A DNA stretch of 27,414 bases from Gemmatimonadota bacterium (GTDB lineage Bacteria; Gemmatimonadota; Gemmatimonadetes; Palauibacterales; Palauibacteraceae). Position numbers and translations under genes: made by a program. Below, in pieces: positions 9,225 to 18,504 of this stretch. Within the stretch, counting starts at the first letter, position 1. Every line of letters begins with the position of its first letter. Below the pieces are notes generated by a model. It saw nothing but the letters and a program-made list of their open reading frames with translations. It did no database searches and had not been told where the DNA came from. The DNA lies in the NCBI GenBank assembly GCA_039588275.1, contig JBDHAC010000019.1:59311-86724 (forward strand), in the 5' to 3' direction.

Positions 9225-9854
9225 ATGTGGCTGACCACGCGTGTGGACCATCTCGTGAACTGGGCGCGGCGCAACTCGCTGTGGATGATGCCGTTCAACA
9301 CGGCCTGCTGCGGGATCGAGTTCATGGCCGCATGCGCCTCCAAATACGATCTCGCACGCTTCGGGATGGAGAAGCTCGCATTCACCCCCCGACAGGCGGA
9401 CCTCATGATCGTGGGCGGCCGTGTGCCCTACAAGCTCGCGCCGGTCGTGCGGCGCATCTGGGACCAGATGCCGCAGCCCAAGTGGTGCATCGCGATGGGC
9501 GCGTGCGCGTCGTCAGGGGGCATGTTCGACAACTACACGATCGTACAGGGAGTCGATTCGATCATTCCCGTGGACGTGTACGTGCCCGGCTGCCCCCCGC
9601 GACCGGAGGGGCTCATCTATGGCGTCCTGATGATCCAGGAGAAGATCAAGGGCGAGTCCCTCCGAAATCCCCGCCTCCGGGAGGAGAGCCCGGAGGCCGT
9701 GGGGCGACCGAATCTCCCTCCCGAGACGATCGAGCTGATCGCCCAACCGTTCGGGAACTCGACCAGACAGAACCGGCCGAGCGGGCTGGTCCCGACCGGC
9801 GCGATCCAACGGCCCCGCGACCGCCGCGAGAGACGCTCCGAGCACACGGACTGA
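9225..9854 (+). CDS. nuoB: NADH-quinone oxidoreductase subunit B homologue (standalone)
   Basis: [35 protein letters not shown] and [14 protein letters not shown] motifs; all four N2 [4Fe-4S] Cys ligands present. Confidence 0.95.
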   Translation: MWLTTRVDHLVNWARRNSLWMMPFNTACCGIEFMAACASKYDLARFGMEKLAFTPRQADLMIVGGRVPYKLAPVVRRIWDQMPQPKWCIAMGACASSGGMFDNYTIVQGVDSIIPVDVYVPGCPPRPEGLIYGVLMIQEKIKGESLRNPRLREESPEAVGRPNLPPETIELIAQPFGNSTRQNRPSGLVPTGAIQRPRDRRERRSEHTD

Positions 9855-9950
9855 GAGTCGCGACTACCGCATTACGAAAAGGGCCGCTCGCTCCGTAGTT
9901 TGCCCTGTCGCTGCACGATTCCAAATCCCGACCTTCGCCGGAGCCGAGAC

Positions 9951-10949
9951 ATGACACCGACAATCCCGGTGATCGACATATCCGCCCTCGACCGTCGCGG
10001 CGCAGGCGAAGGTTTATCGGACGTCGTGGATCAGGTGTCCGCCGCCTGCCGAGACTGGGGCTTCTTTCAGGTCGTGAACCACGGCGTACGCGGAGACCTG
10101 ATCGAAGCGGTGTGGGCCGAGGCGAGAAGCTTCTTCTCGCTGCCGCGGGAGGAGAAGCTCGGCATCGGGCGAACCGCCGAGAATCCGCGCGGATACTACG
10201 ATCGCGAGCTGACCAAGAACGTTCGCGATTTGAAGGAGGTGTTCGACTTCGGGTACATTGCTCATCCGGAGCTGCCTGACGATCATCCGGAGAATCGCGC
10301 CGCGGTGGACGGATCCAACCAGTGGCCGACATCGCTGGAGACGTTCAGACCGACGATGGTCGAGTACTTCGGGGCGTGCGAGGGGTTGGGGCAGAGGATC
10401 TTCGAGGCATTCTGCCTGGGCCTGGGCCTGCCCCGCGACTACCTCCAGCGTCACTTCGAGCGCCACACCAGCTTCGTCCGGCTGAACTATTACCCGTTGG
10501 AGGATCCGCTCGCACCCGAAGACTCCGCCGGGGTGACCGAGCTCGGCGACCTGGCGCTGGGCCATCACACGGATGCGGGCGCGCTCACGATCCTGCTCCA
10601 GGATGACGTCGGCGGACTCCAGGTGTTCGACGGCGAGGATTGGCTGGACGTGGATCCCGTCGAGGGCGCGTTCGTGATCAACATCGGTGACATGACGCAG
10701 GTGTGGTCCAACGACCGGTACAAAGCCGCCCTCCACCGAGTCCGACCGATGAAGAGTCGGGCACGTCTGAGCGTGCCGTTCTTCTACAATCCGTCCTATG
10801 ACACGGACTGCGCTCCTCTCCCGGCGGTCGGCGCGGAAGAGCCGCGCTACCGGCCCGTGAACTGGGGCGAGTTTCGCCGCGCGCGGACGGCCGGCGACTA
10901 CGCCGACTACGGAAAGGAAATCCAGATCGAGGATTTCCGGCTGCCGTAA
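9951..10949 (+). CDS. 2-oxoglutarate/Fe(II) oxygenase, isopenicillin N synthase-like family
   Basis: IPVIDIS, ACRDWGFFQVVNHGV, RLNYYP, HTD...H facial triad (HHTDAG, ALHRV), RLS and PFFYNP motifs. Confidence 0.92.
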   Translation: MTPTIPVIDISALDRRGAGEGLSDVVDQVSAACRDWGFFQVVNHGVRGDLIEAVWAEARSFFSLPREEKLGIGRTAENPRGYYDRELTKNVRDLKEVFDFGYIAHPELPDDHPENRAAVDGSNQWPTSLETFRPTMVEYFGACEGLGQRIFEAFCLGLGLPRDYLQRHFERHTSFVRLNYYPLEDPLAPEDSAGVTELGDLALGHHTDAGALTILLQDDVGGLQVFDGEDWLDVDPVEGAFVINIGDMTQVWSNDRYKAALHRVRPMKSRARLSVPFFYNPSYDTDCAPLPAVGAEEPRYRPVNWGEFRRARTAGDYADYGKEIQIEDFRLP

Positions 10950-12181
10950 TGACACCGAGTCGCTCCCTCGCCGATCCCGGTGGGTCCATCGTGACCCTCA
11001 CCTTGACCCGGCGCCTGGCCCGGTGCATCGGAGTCGCGATCCTCGCCGGCTGCGGTGCCCCACCCGCCTACGATGGCCGCCCCAACTCTCGAGTTGCCTC
11101 CGCCGACATCCCCCGGCCGTACGTGCCGGGGGACGTCTGGGAGCGTCGAGACCCAGGCGAGATGGGGTTCGATGCGGCGGCCCTCGCGGAGGCCATCTCC
11201 TGGGCACACGCGCACGAGACCGCGATGCCCGACGATCCCCGGCGGTACCTTCTCGATCGCTTCGAGGGACGGCCTCACCAGGAGATCGTCGGTCCGACTC
11301 GGGAGCGTGGCGGCGTCAACGGCCTCCTGCTCCGGGACGGCTACATCGTGGCGGAATGGGGAGACACGCGTCGGGTCGACATGACGTTCAGCGTTACGAA
11401 GAGCTACCTCTCCACTGTCGTGGGACTGGCATGGGATCGGGGGCTGATCCCCGACCTCGACGGGCTCGAAAGGACGCTGATCGATGACGGCGGCTTCGAC
11501 TCTCCGCACAACGCGCGGATCACGTGGCGCCACCACCTGCAGCAGCTCTCGGAGTGGGAGGGCACGCTGTTCGGCAAGCCGGACCGGGCCGACCGGCGGC
11601 GCGGAGTAGACCGTCAGCTCGAGGCGCCGGGGACGTTCTGGGAGTACAACGACGTACGCGTCAACCGGCTGGCGCTCTCGGCGCTCCGGGTCTGGCGCGA
11701 GCCGCTCCCTCTCGTGCTGAAACGGGAGATCATGGATCCGATAGGAGCCTCGGATACGTGGGAATGGCACGGGTACGAGACCTCGTGGGTCGATATCGGG
11801 GGCGAGCAGGTCCAATCGGTGAGCGGTGGCGGCCACTGGGGCGGCGGGATGTTCATCTCTTCTCGGGACCACGCCCGCTTCGGTCTGCTCATGTTGCGGC
11901 GCGGCCGCTGGGGTGAGCGGCAGCTGCTCTCGGAGGCATGGATCGATGAAGCCCTCACTCCCTCGATCCGGCCCAATTACGGCTTCATGTGGTGGTTGAA
12001 CACGGACCGCGTGCAGTTCTCCAACGCCCCCGAGTCGAGCTTCTTCGCGCTCGGGGCCGGTTCCACGTCGACGATCTGGATCGACCCGGAGCACGATATC
12101 GTGATGGTCTCACGCTGGGTGGACGGCCCCGACGTGAACGAGCTGATCGGCAAGGTGCTCGAGGCGCTGCTGGACGACTAG
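10949..12181 (+). CDS. Serine hydrolase lipoprotein, beta-lactamase-related fold
   Basis: SxxK (FSVTKS), WEYND, SSRDHARFG and YGFMWW motifs; LAGC lipobox; TAATG overlap with the upstream stop (alternative GTG at 10991). Confidence 0.88.
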   Translation: MTPSRSLADPGGSIVTLTLTRRLARCIGVAILAGCGAPPAYDGRPNSRVASADIPRPYVPGDVWERRDPGEMGFDAAALAEAISWAHAHETAMPDDPRRYLLDRFEGRPHQEIVGPTRERGGVNGLLLRDGYIVAEWGDTRRVDMTFSVTKSYLSTVVGLAWDRGLIPDLDGLERTLIDDGGFDSPHNARITWRHHLQQLSEWEGTLFGKPDRADRRRGVDRQLEAPGTFWEYNDVRVNRLALSALRVWREPLPLVLKREIMDPIGASDTWEWHGYETSWVDIGGEQVQSVSGGGHWGGGMFISSRDHARFGLLMLRRGRWGERQLLSEAWIDEALTPSIRPNYGFMWWLNTDRVQFSNAPESSFFALGAGSTSTIWIDPEHDIVMVSRWVDGPDVNELIGKVLEALLDD

Positions 12182-12357
12182 CGCGGCTCCGGGTCGATAT
12201 CTCGCCGCCCACGGTCGCCAGTTGTCACCCTCTACCGCCCGCCCAGCGTATCGCCTACTCTGCGAGCGGAGGGACTTTCGGCTGCCTGCCCGGTATCAAT
12301 ACGGAGTCCCGTCTCGATCACGAAGTCCCGGCTGTAGGTGCCGCAGGAGATCGCACG

Positions 12358-12774
12358 ATGCGCAGGTCACTCATCGCCTCCGTACTCCTTTCGCTGCTGC
12401 TCGTCAGCGCCGCCGCGGCTCAAGAAGAGTCCGACGAGTGCAGGCGTTGGTCGGTCGAAGTCCAGAACTCGGAGCGTTACGACCTCTCGGTGTATTCGTT
12501 CCGGGGTGAGCGGGTGCCACCGAAGGTGTATCAAAGCGAGCGCGGCAGACTCCGCGGCAGGTTCCTGAAGCGCGTAACCGCCCGGAGCAACGAGACCCTC
12601 GAGCTCCCGGCCGGGGAGAGCCTGATTTGGATCGAGCCCGTGGGTTCGGAGCACGAGCTACGGGACAGGGGCTGGTCGGAATCGAGCGCGATCGTCGCCT
12701 CCCCGACTCGCCGGACCCGCCTCACGCAGGTTCGTATTCGGGCCGAGTATACTTGCCTGGACGAGCCCGGGTAG
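12358..12774 (+). CDS. Secreted hypothetical protein
   Basis: AGGAG RBS; signal peptide MRRSLIASVLLSLLLVSAAAA-QEE; one Cys near each end of the mature chain. Confidence 0.7.
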   Translation: MRRSLIASVLLSLLLVSAAAAQEESDECRRWSVEVQNSERYDLSVYSFRGERVPPKVYQSERGRLRGRFLKRVTARSNETLELPAGESLIWIEPVGSEHELRDRGWSESSAIVASPTRRTRLTQVRIRAEYTCLDEPG

Positions 12775-12912
12775 CCGTTCACAAGCGCGTTCGACCCCTG
12801 AGCTGAAGACTCCCCGGGGTTGCCGCTTCGGCGCCCGGGTCTGTAGCGATACCGCTGTTTCCGGCGCCGCACGTGGCGGTGCTGTCGCTCCACCCAGCCA
12901 CAGGAGGAAGTC

Positions 12913-13380
12913 ATGCGCAAGCTCCCGCTCTACTTGGGTCTGTTGATCGCCTTCGGCGTGCCGGGCGCCGTCGCCGCGCAGGAAGAGGAGGCGCAGGAAG
13001 AAGAGGCGCCACCGACGCTCCGCCTCTCCTTCTACCAATGCGATTTGAGCCAGATGGGCCCCACCGGCGAACAGATCGAGACGATGGAGATCCCGATCTG
13101 GGAGGAGCTGGTGGACGAGGGGATGGTGGACAGCTACGGGCACTTCTTCCACGCTTGGGCGAGCGAATGGAACGTCGGAATCTACACGGTCGCCGATAAC
13201 ATCGAGGCCGTGCTCGCCGCGACCGAGGAGTTCGGAAATCGCATGCAGGAGCGCCACCCCGACGCTGACGCCGGTCTCAACCAGGTGTGTCCCTCGCATC
13301 GGGACGGCTTCTACGTCTTCGGACCACGGACGGGTGACGATGAGGACGAAGGCGAGGATGAGGATGAAGGCGGCAGCTGA
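12913..13380 (+). CDS. Secreted acidic hypothetical protein
   Basis: AGGAGG RBS; signal peptide ending AVAA-QEE; followed by a terminator. Confidence 0.8.
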   Translation: MRKLPLYLGLLIAFGVPGAVAAQEEEAQEEEAPPTLRLSFYQCDLSQMGPTGEQIETMEIPIWEELVDEGMVDSYGHFFHAWASEWNVGIYTVADNIEAVLAATEEFGNRMQERHPDADAGLNQVCPSHRDGFYVFGPRTGDDEDEGEDEDEGGS

Positions 13381-13433
13381 CGGGGCGTGAACGCCCGGTC
13401 TCCGGGGTCGCTCCCGCCCGCGGTTTGACGCAG

Positions 13434-13464
13434 AGAGCCCCGCCACGGCGGGGCTCTTCTGTTT
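13434..13464 (+). terminator. Rho-independent terminator
   Basis: AGAGCCCCGC-CACG-GCGGGGCTCT followed by TCTGTTT. Confidence 0.75.
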
Positions 13465-13579
13465 GATTAGATGTGCGCACCTAATCGTAAGTCACGTTGC
13501 GTCTTACACGAGATGATGTCGGGCCTCTTGCACGAGGTCTGTCGGCTCCGGGAGCGACCTGCGCGCGGGGTACGGGGAG

Positions 13580-15181
13580 CTAATCCGGGTCGCGGTTCTC
13601 CAGCCGCTCGAACGGACTATCGAGCCGCTCTCGCGCGTACGGCGTGAAGTCGTACGTGAGTCCGTACTGGCTGTGTTGCCACCCATCGTCGATCCCCATC
13701 TCGACCACCCGGGCATAGCGATCGCGGGCGGCATCACGCCGGCCCAGGAGATCGAGGGCGTGCCCCTGCCACAGCAGGGCGAAAGCCACATACCCCTCGG
13801 AGGCTCCACGGGTGAGGACGAACGCGTGCATTCGCTCGAAGACGTGTAGCGCGTCCTCGTACCGCTCCTCATCGTAGAGGGCGAACCCGAGCCGCATGAA
13901 GTCTCGTGCTGCGTCGAGCTGGTCGAGCCACCCCGGTGCGTACCTTGCGGCGATCACCGTGCTCCCGGCCCGACCCCAGTTCTGAGAGCGAATCGCGTAC
14001 GCGGGTGCCGCCTTACGCGCTTCGTCCCAGCTCGCCAGTTGACGCTGGTACTCGGCCAGTGCGGATGGGGTCACCTCTGGCAGGGACTCGACGAACGCTC
14101 GCAGGGTTTCGAAGAACGCCTCGGGGTCCTCGTCGTAGATGCCGTGTCCGGCGTCCCGGAACCGCTCGAAGCGCGCGTTCGGGTGGTTGCCCCTGAGAAT
14201 GTCCGGCTTTTGCTCTCCCCAGGTGAGGTCCCAATCCCCCTCGAGGATCAGGGTGGGTATCGGATTCCCCTCGAACGCTCCGGTCAGATCCACCCGCCCC
14301 GCGCTGCCGTTCATGATTCCGTTGAAGTTCTCGTCGTGGTCCCACTCGTACAGCGCGATCTGGGCGAGCCGCTCCGGCGAAGGCCGGTAGTAGTGCTGAC
14401 GCTTCCAATCCCCGTTGGAGAAGTTGTTGTACAGGAGGAGTTGGATGAACTCCGTTCGCGAGAGATCCTCCGCTTCGCGAAGGCTGTCCAACCGGACCCG
14501 CATGGCGCGCATGTGATCGCGCTCTTCCTGCGTCAGAAAGCTGCCCTGCCGCGACGGGCCCGTATCGATCCACATGCCGGGGGATGCGCCCACCAGCGCC
14601 AATCCCGCGACGGCATCGGGGTGGATCGTCGTGTAGTACTGGGCCAGGAATCCGCCGTACGAGTAGCCGAGGACGATCCACTTCTCGATCCCGAGCGCGC
14701 GGCGAATCCCGTCCAGGTCTTCCACCGCCTGCTCGACGGAGTACCCGTCAGGCCCCGGAGCCCGTTCCGACAGCCCCGTGCCACGCTGGTCGTAGTACAC
14801 GACGCGCGCGAACTCCGCCGCCCGGGAGAACCAGGGGTGGAAGTAGTGGTGCGTGCCGCCCGGCCCTCCGTTGATGAGCACGATCGGAATCGCGCCGGGG
14901 ATCGCGCCCCCCTCCGTCTCGACGTACAGCCCGGCACCGACGTCCAGTCGGTGCACCTCGAGGCTATCGAGTCGGTCACACCACCTCGCCACCGGCGGGA
15001 TTTCGGTCAGGAGAGCAGGTTCCAGGTGCACGACGCGGTCGTGGATTGACTCGCGCGCGGTGGCCGCGGTGCTCGGTCCGGTGACAGGCCGGCCCTCACC
15101 TTCGACGGAAGGACCGGTGCACGAGAGGAGAACGCCCCAAGCGACGAGGATTGCTTTCGGCGCGAGGCCTTTGGCTCGCAT
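13580..15181 (-). CDS. Alpha/beta hydrolase (proline iminopeptidase/S33-like), probable lipoprotein, with a C-terminal TPR-like domain
   Basis: AAGGA RBS before ATG 15181; LLSC lipobox; NGGPGG, YYDQRGTGLS and GYSYGG nucleophile elbow; GDWD acid and AGH His; helical C-terminal extension. Confidence 0.88.
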   Translation of the reverse strand: MRAKGLAPKAILVAWGVLLSCTGPSVEGEGRPVTGPSTAATARESIHDRVVHLEPALLTEIPPVARWCDRLDSLEVHRLDVGAGLYVETEGGAIPGAIPIVLINGGPGGTHHYFHPWFSRAAEFARVVYYDQRGTGLSERAPGPDGYSVEQAVEDLDGIRRALGIEKWIVLGYSYGGFLAQYYTTIHPDAVAGLALVGASPGMWIDTGPSRQGSFLTQEERDHMRAMRVRLDSLREAEDLSRTEFIQLLLYNNFSNGDWKRQHYYRPSPERLAQIALYEWDHDENFNGIMNGSAGRVDLTGAFEGNPIPTLILEGDWDLTWGEQKPDILRGNHPNARFERFRDAGHGIYDEDPEAFFETLRAFVESLPEVTPSALAEYQRQLASWDEARKAAPAYAIRSQNWGRAGSTVIAARYAPGWLDQLDAARDFMRLGFALYDEERYEDALHVFERMHAFVLTRGASEGYVAFALLWQGHALDLLGRRDAARDRYARVVEMGIDDGWQHSQYGLTYDFTPYARERLDSPFERLENRDPD

Positions 15182-15213
15182 GGTCCTTCGCCTTTCTATC
15201 GTGCCGGCGTCTG

Positions 15214-15396
15214 CTATCCGGGTGGTCTTCGGCAAAGGCCGTCGACATCGCAGATGAGGCCCGCACAGCAGGGAGAGTCTTCGTCGCAGGCCGTAAAGGT
15301 GCCCCCGCAACTCGGGAAGAGGAGATCCGAGCAGGCAGGCGCGCCACTCATTGTCGCGGCGAGCACGAACAAGACCACCGAAGCGAGTCGCTTCAT
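15214..15396 (-). CDS. 60-aa exported Cys-rich micro-protein with inhibitor-cystine-knot-like spacing
   Basis: Signal peptide MKRLASVVLFVLAATMSGAPA-C; C-X6-C-X5-CC-X4-C-X5-C; ends 32 bp before the co-directional hydrolase; no clear SD. Confidence 0.75.
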   Translation of the reverse strand: MKRLASVVLFVLAATMSGAPACSDLLFPSCGGTFTACDEDSPCCAGLICDVDGLCRRPPG

Positions 15397-15567
15397 ATCT
15401 ACAAGCTACACACAGGCGTGTAGGGCCGCCTCGGCTGCACGGCGGCGCGCCTGCGCTGCGACACGCGGTGCTCCCCGCGACCGCCTGTCTTGCTACCGCT
15501 CCGCGCCCCTGCCTAAGCTCACCGCCAGCCATTCGTGAGTGCTCTTCCAGTCAGTGAGGAGGCATCG

Positions 15568-18504
15568 ATGAAGCTCGACCGCTGGACGTCGATCTACAGG
15601 GAGGCGGTGGGGGTGCTCGTGGCTCTCGTCGCGTGTATGGGCCCGATATCGGCGAGTGCGCAGCAGGCGAAGACCGCGCTGGATCACGAGGATGTCCTCC
15701 GCTGGACTCGCATCGAGGATCGCGCGATTTCTCCGGATGGCCAATGGGTCGCGTACGCACTGACTCGTCTCGAGGGCGAACCCTCCCTCGTCATTGCGGC
15801 CACCGATGGATCGGGAAGGGAGCTGCGCCTCCGGGGCACCGATCCGGTCTTCACCGGCGACTCACGCTTCGTCGCGTTTCGGGTTCCTCCCAGGGAGTCG
15901 GTGCTCGATTCGCTCAAGCTGGAGGGGGAAGAGGAAGACGACCTGCCCGGTGACTCCGTTGCTGTCGTGACCATCGCCGACGCCTTCGTTACCGGGGGGG
16001 CCGCGGATGCGGGAGTCTTCCGCGCCGGACCCGTGGAATCGTTTGCCGTACCCGAGAAGGGTGGTGCCTGGCTGGCGTACCTGATGAAGAAGGAGGAGGC
16101 CGAGGAGCCCGGCGCCCCTCAGGAACAGGAAGAGGCGAAGGAAGAGGACGACGAAGAGGATCGGAAGAAGAAGGAAGATGGCACGCCGCTGCGGGTCCGC
16201 GATCTCACGACCGGCGGAGAGCACGAATTCGAGTATGCGCTCAGCTATGCCTGGGCAGAGAACGGAAGCGTGCTCGCGTACGCCGCGTCGACGGAGGACG
16301 GGAGCGCGGACGGCGCGTTCGTCGTCGAGCCGGTCGGCGGCCGGCGCCACGAGGTGGCTGCCGGTGAGGGGCACTTCAAGGGCCTCGCGCTGGATGAGGC
16401 AGGCAGTCGCTTCGCCTTTCTAACGAACCGGGACGACTGGGAGGCGGACGAGCCCGCGTACACGCTCTACGCGGCGGATTCGGGTGAGTGGAACGCCCGC
16501 CTGGTCGCGGACCACGAGACGGAGGGTGTACCAAGCGGCTGGTGGGTGAGCGAGCACAGAGACCCGAGCTTCTCGGAGGATGGATCGCGGTTGTTCTTCG
16601 GGACCGCTCCCAGACCGGAGCCCGAGCCCGATGAGGAAGTGCTGGACGAGGACCGGGTCGAGCTCGATGTGTGGAACTGGAAGGACCCGTACCTGCAACC
16701 GAATCAGCTCGTCCAGGCCGACGACGAGAAGAAGCGAACCTACCTGGCGGTCGCACACGACGGTGACGAAGGGATCGTCCAACTCGGCTCTCCGGATGTC
16801 CCGGATGTGCGTCAGACCGAGGACGGGGCCGGCGACTTCGTGCTGGGTACGACCGATGGCCCCTACAGGCAAGAGATCTCGTGGGACGGCAGATATCAGG
16901 ACGCGTACGCGATCGACGTGCGCACGGGGACCCGCCGTCGGATCGCCACGCGGATCCGGGGGTTCGGGGGCGGGCGTCTGTCTCCGGGCGGCACCTACGC
17001 GTACTGGTGGGACGGCTCGGATCGGAGTTGGAAGGCCGCCCGCATGGACGGCTCCGGAGAGACCGTGAACCTTACGGGCGAGATTCCCTTCCCGATGTAC
17101 AACGAGCTGGACGACCGCCCGCAGCAACCCGGGTCGTACGGGAACCCGCAGTGGACGGAGGGGGATCAGGCGCTGCTGGTGTACGACAAGCACGACGTGT
17201 GGCGGACAGACCCCACCGGCCGCGACGATCCCGTGAACCTCACCGACGGACACGGCCGCCGTGCCGACCTGCGCTACCGGGTCATGAGCGTGGACTCCGA
17301 GGAGCCTGCCGTCCCGAACGGCGACATCCTCCTGTCGAGCTTCAACCTCGACACCAAGCGGGCCGGGTTCGCCCGCGGACGATCCGACCGCTCGGCGGAG
17401 CCACAGGAGCTGATGGCGGCGGATGCTTCGTTCGGGGCCCCGCAGAAGGCCTCACTAGCCGACGTCCTGGTCTGGACGCGCCAGAGCTTCGTGGAGTTCC
17501 CCGACTTGTGGGCGAGCGGCCCCGAATTCAGCGACTCCCGTAAGCTGAGCGACGCGAACCCACAGCAGGCGGAGTACCTGTGGGGGACTGCCGAGCTCGT
17601 CTCGTGGACCTCGAACGATGGCACGCCGCTTCAGGGCATCCTCTACAAGCCCGAGGGCTTCGACGCGACTCGGAAGTACCCGATGATGGTGTACTTCTAC
17701 GAGCGCATGTCAGACCGGCTGCACCAGTATCGGACGCCGCGCCCGGGGAGCAGCTCCGTGGCGTTCTCGTTCTACGTCAGCCGCGGATACCTGCTCTTCG
17801 TGCCCGACATCCCGTACGAGATCGGCTATCCAGGCGAGAGCGCGCTGGATGCGGTCGTGCCCGGCGTGCTGTCCCTCGTCGAGGAGGGCTTCGTGGACGC
17901 CGATCGCATCGGCGTGCAGGGACACTCCTGGGGTGGGTATCAGATCGCCTACATGATCACCAAGACCAACCTGTTCGCCGCCGCGGAGGCGGGGGCTCCG
18001 GTATCCAACATGACGAGCGCCTACGGCGGGATTCGCTGGCAAACGGGGCTGAGCCGGATGTTCCAATACGAGCGAACGCAAAGCCGGATCGGCGGGACGC
18101 TGTGGGAGTCGACCATGGAGTACCTGCACAACTCGCCCGTCTTCTACGCCGACAAGATCCAGACGCCGCTCCTCATGATGCACAACGACGAGGATGGCGC
18201 GGTGCCCTGGTACCAGGGGATCGAGATGTTCGTCGCGATGCGACGCCTCGGCAAGCCCGCCTTTCTGTTGAATTACAACGGCGAGGCCCACGGGCTGAGG
18301 CGCGATCCCAACCAACGCGACTGGGCGATCCGCATGCAGCAGTTCTTCGATCATTACCTGCTGGACGCGCCTCCTCCGGTTTGGATGGAGCACGGGGTAC
18401 CGGCCGTCGTGAAGGGGCGGGACATGGGGCTCGAGCTCGTGACCGAGGCGACCGTTTCGCAGGAGGAGGGCGAACAGGCGCGATCCGGAGGAGGCTCGCG
18501 CTAG
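15568..18504 (+). CDS. Secreted S9 family (prolyl oligopeptidase/acylaminoacyl peptidase-like) serine peptidase
   Basis: GAGGAGG RBS; signal peptide ending ASA-QQ; propeller start ISPDGQWVAY; catalytic triad in GHSWGG, HNDEDGAVPW and GEAHGL. Confidence 0.95.
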   Translation: MKLDRWTSIYREAVGVLVALVACMGPISASAQQAKTALDHEDVLRWTRIEDRAISPDGQWVAYALTRLEGEPSLVIAATDGSGRELRLRGTDPVFTGDSRFVAFRVPPRESVLDSLKLEGEEEDDLPGDSVAVVTIADAFVTGGAADAGVFRAGPVESFAVPEKGGAWLAYLMKKEEAEEPGAPQEQEEAKEEDDEEDRKKKEDGTPLRVRDLTTGGEHEFEYALSYAWAENGSVLAYAASTEDGSADGAFVVEPVGGRRHEVAAGEGHFKGLALDEAGSRFAFLTNRDDWEADEPAYTLYAADSGEWNARLVADHETEGVPSGWWVSEHRDPSFSEDGSRLFFGTAPRPEPEPDEEVLDEDRVELDVWNWKDPYLQPNQLVQADDEKKRTYLAVAHDGDEGIVQLGSPDVPDVRQTEDGAGDFVLGTTDGPYRQEISWDGRYQDAYAIDVRTGTRRRIATRIRGFGGGRLSPGGTYAYWWDGSDRSWKAARMDGSGETVNLTGEIPFPMYNELDDRPQQPGSYGNPQWTEGDQALLVYDKHDVWRTDPTGRDDPVNLTDGHGRRADLRYRVMSVDSEEPAVPNGDILLSSFNLDTKRAGFARGRSDRSAEPQELMAADASFGAPQKASLADVLVWTRQSFVEFPDLWASGPEFSDSRKLSDANPQQAEYLWGTAELVSWTSNDGTPLQGILYKPEGFDATRKYPMMVYFYERMSDRLHQYRTPRPGSSSVAFSFYVSRGYLLFVPDIPYEIGYPGESALDAVVPGVLSLVEEGFVDADRIGVQGHSWGGYQIAYMITKTNLFAAAEAGAPVSNMTSAYGGIRWQTGLSRMFQYERTQSRIGGTLWESTMEYLHNSPVFYADKIQTPLLMMHNDEDGAVPWYQGIEMFVAMRRLGKPAFLLNYNGEAHGLRRDPNQRDWAIRMQQFFDHYLLDAPPPVWMEHGVPAVVKGRDMGLELVTEATVSQEEGEQARSGGGSR

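Noticed and set aside
9951..12181. Beta-lactam biosynthesis or resistance cluster
   Set aside because: No ACV synthetase/NRPS or other pathway genes are present, and both families are broad and common.
13454..13481. Minus-strand GGTGCGCACAT resembling the XerC arm of dif
   Set aside because: No XerD arm (TTATGTTAAAT-like) follows the 6-bp spacer.
13580..15532. 650-aa version of the hydrolase in the ORF track
   Set aside because: The extra 117 codons overlap the Cys-rich micro-gene in another frame; the RBS and signal peptide support ATG 15181.
16084..16180. Purine-rich GAG/GAA/AAG stretch
   Set aside because: Encodes a low-complexity E/K/D loop inside the S9 peptidase; it is not a separate element.
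15214..18504. RiPP cluster (precursor plus peptidases)
   Set aside because: No modifying enzyme (radical SAM, YcaO, LanM, lasso cyclase) or ABC exporter, and the peptide has an ordinary signal sequence.
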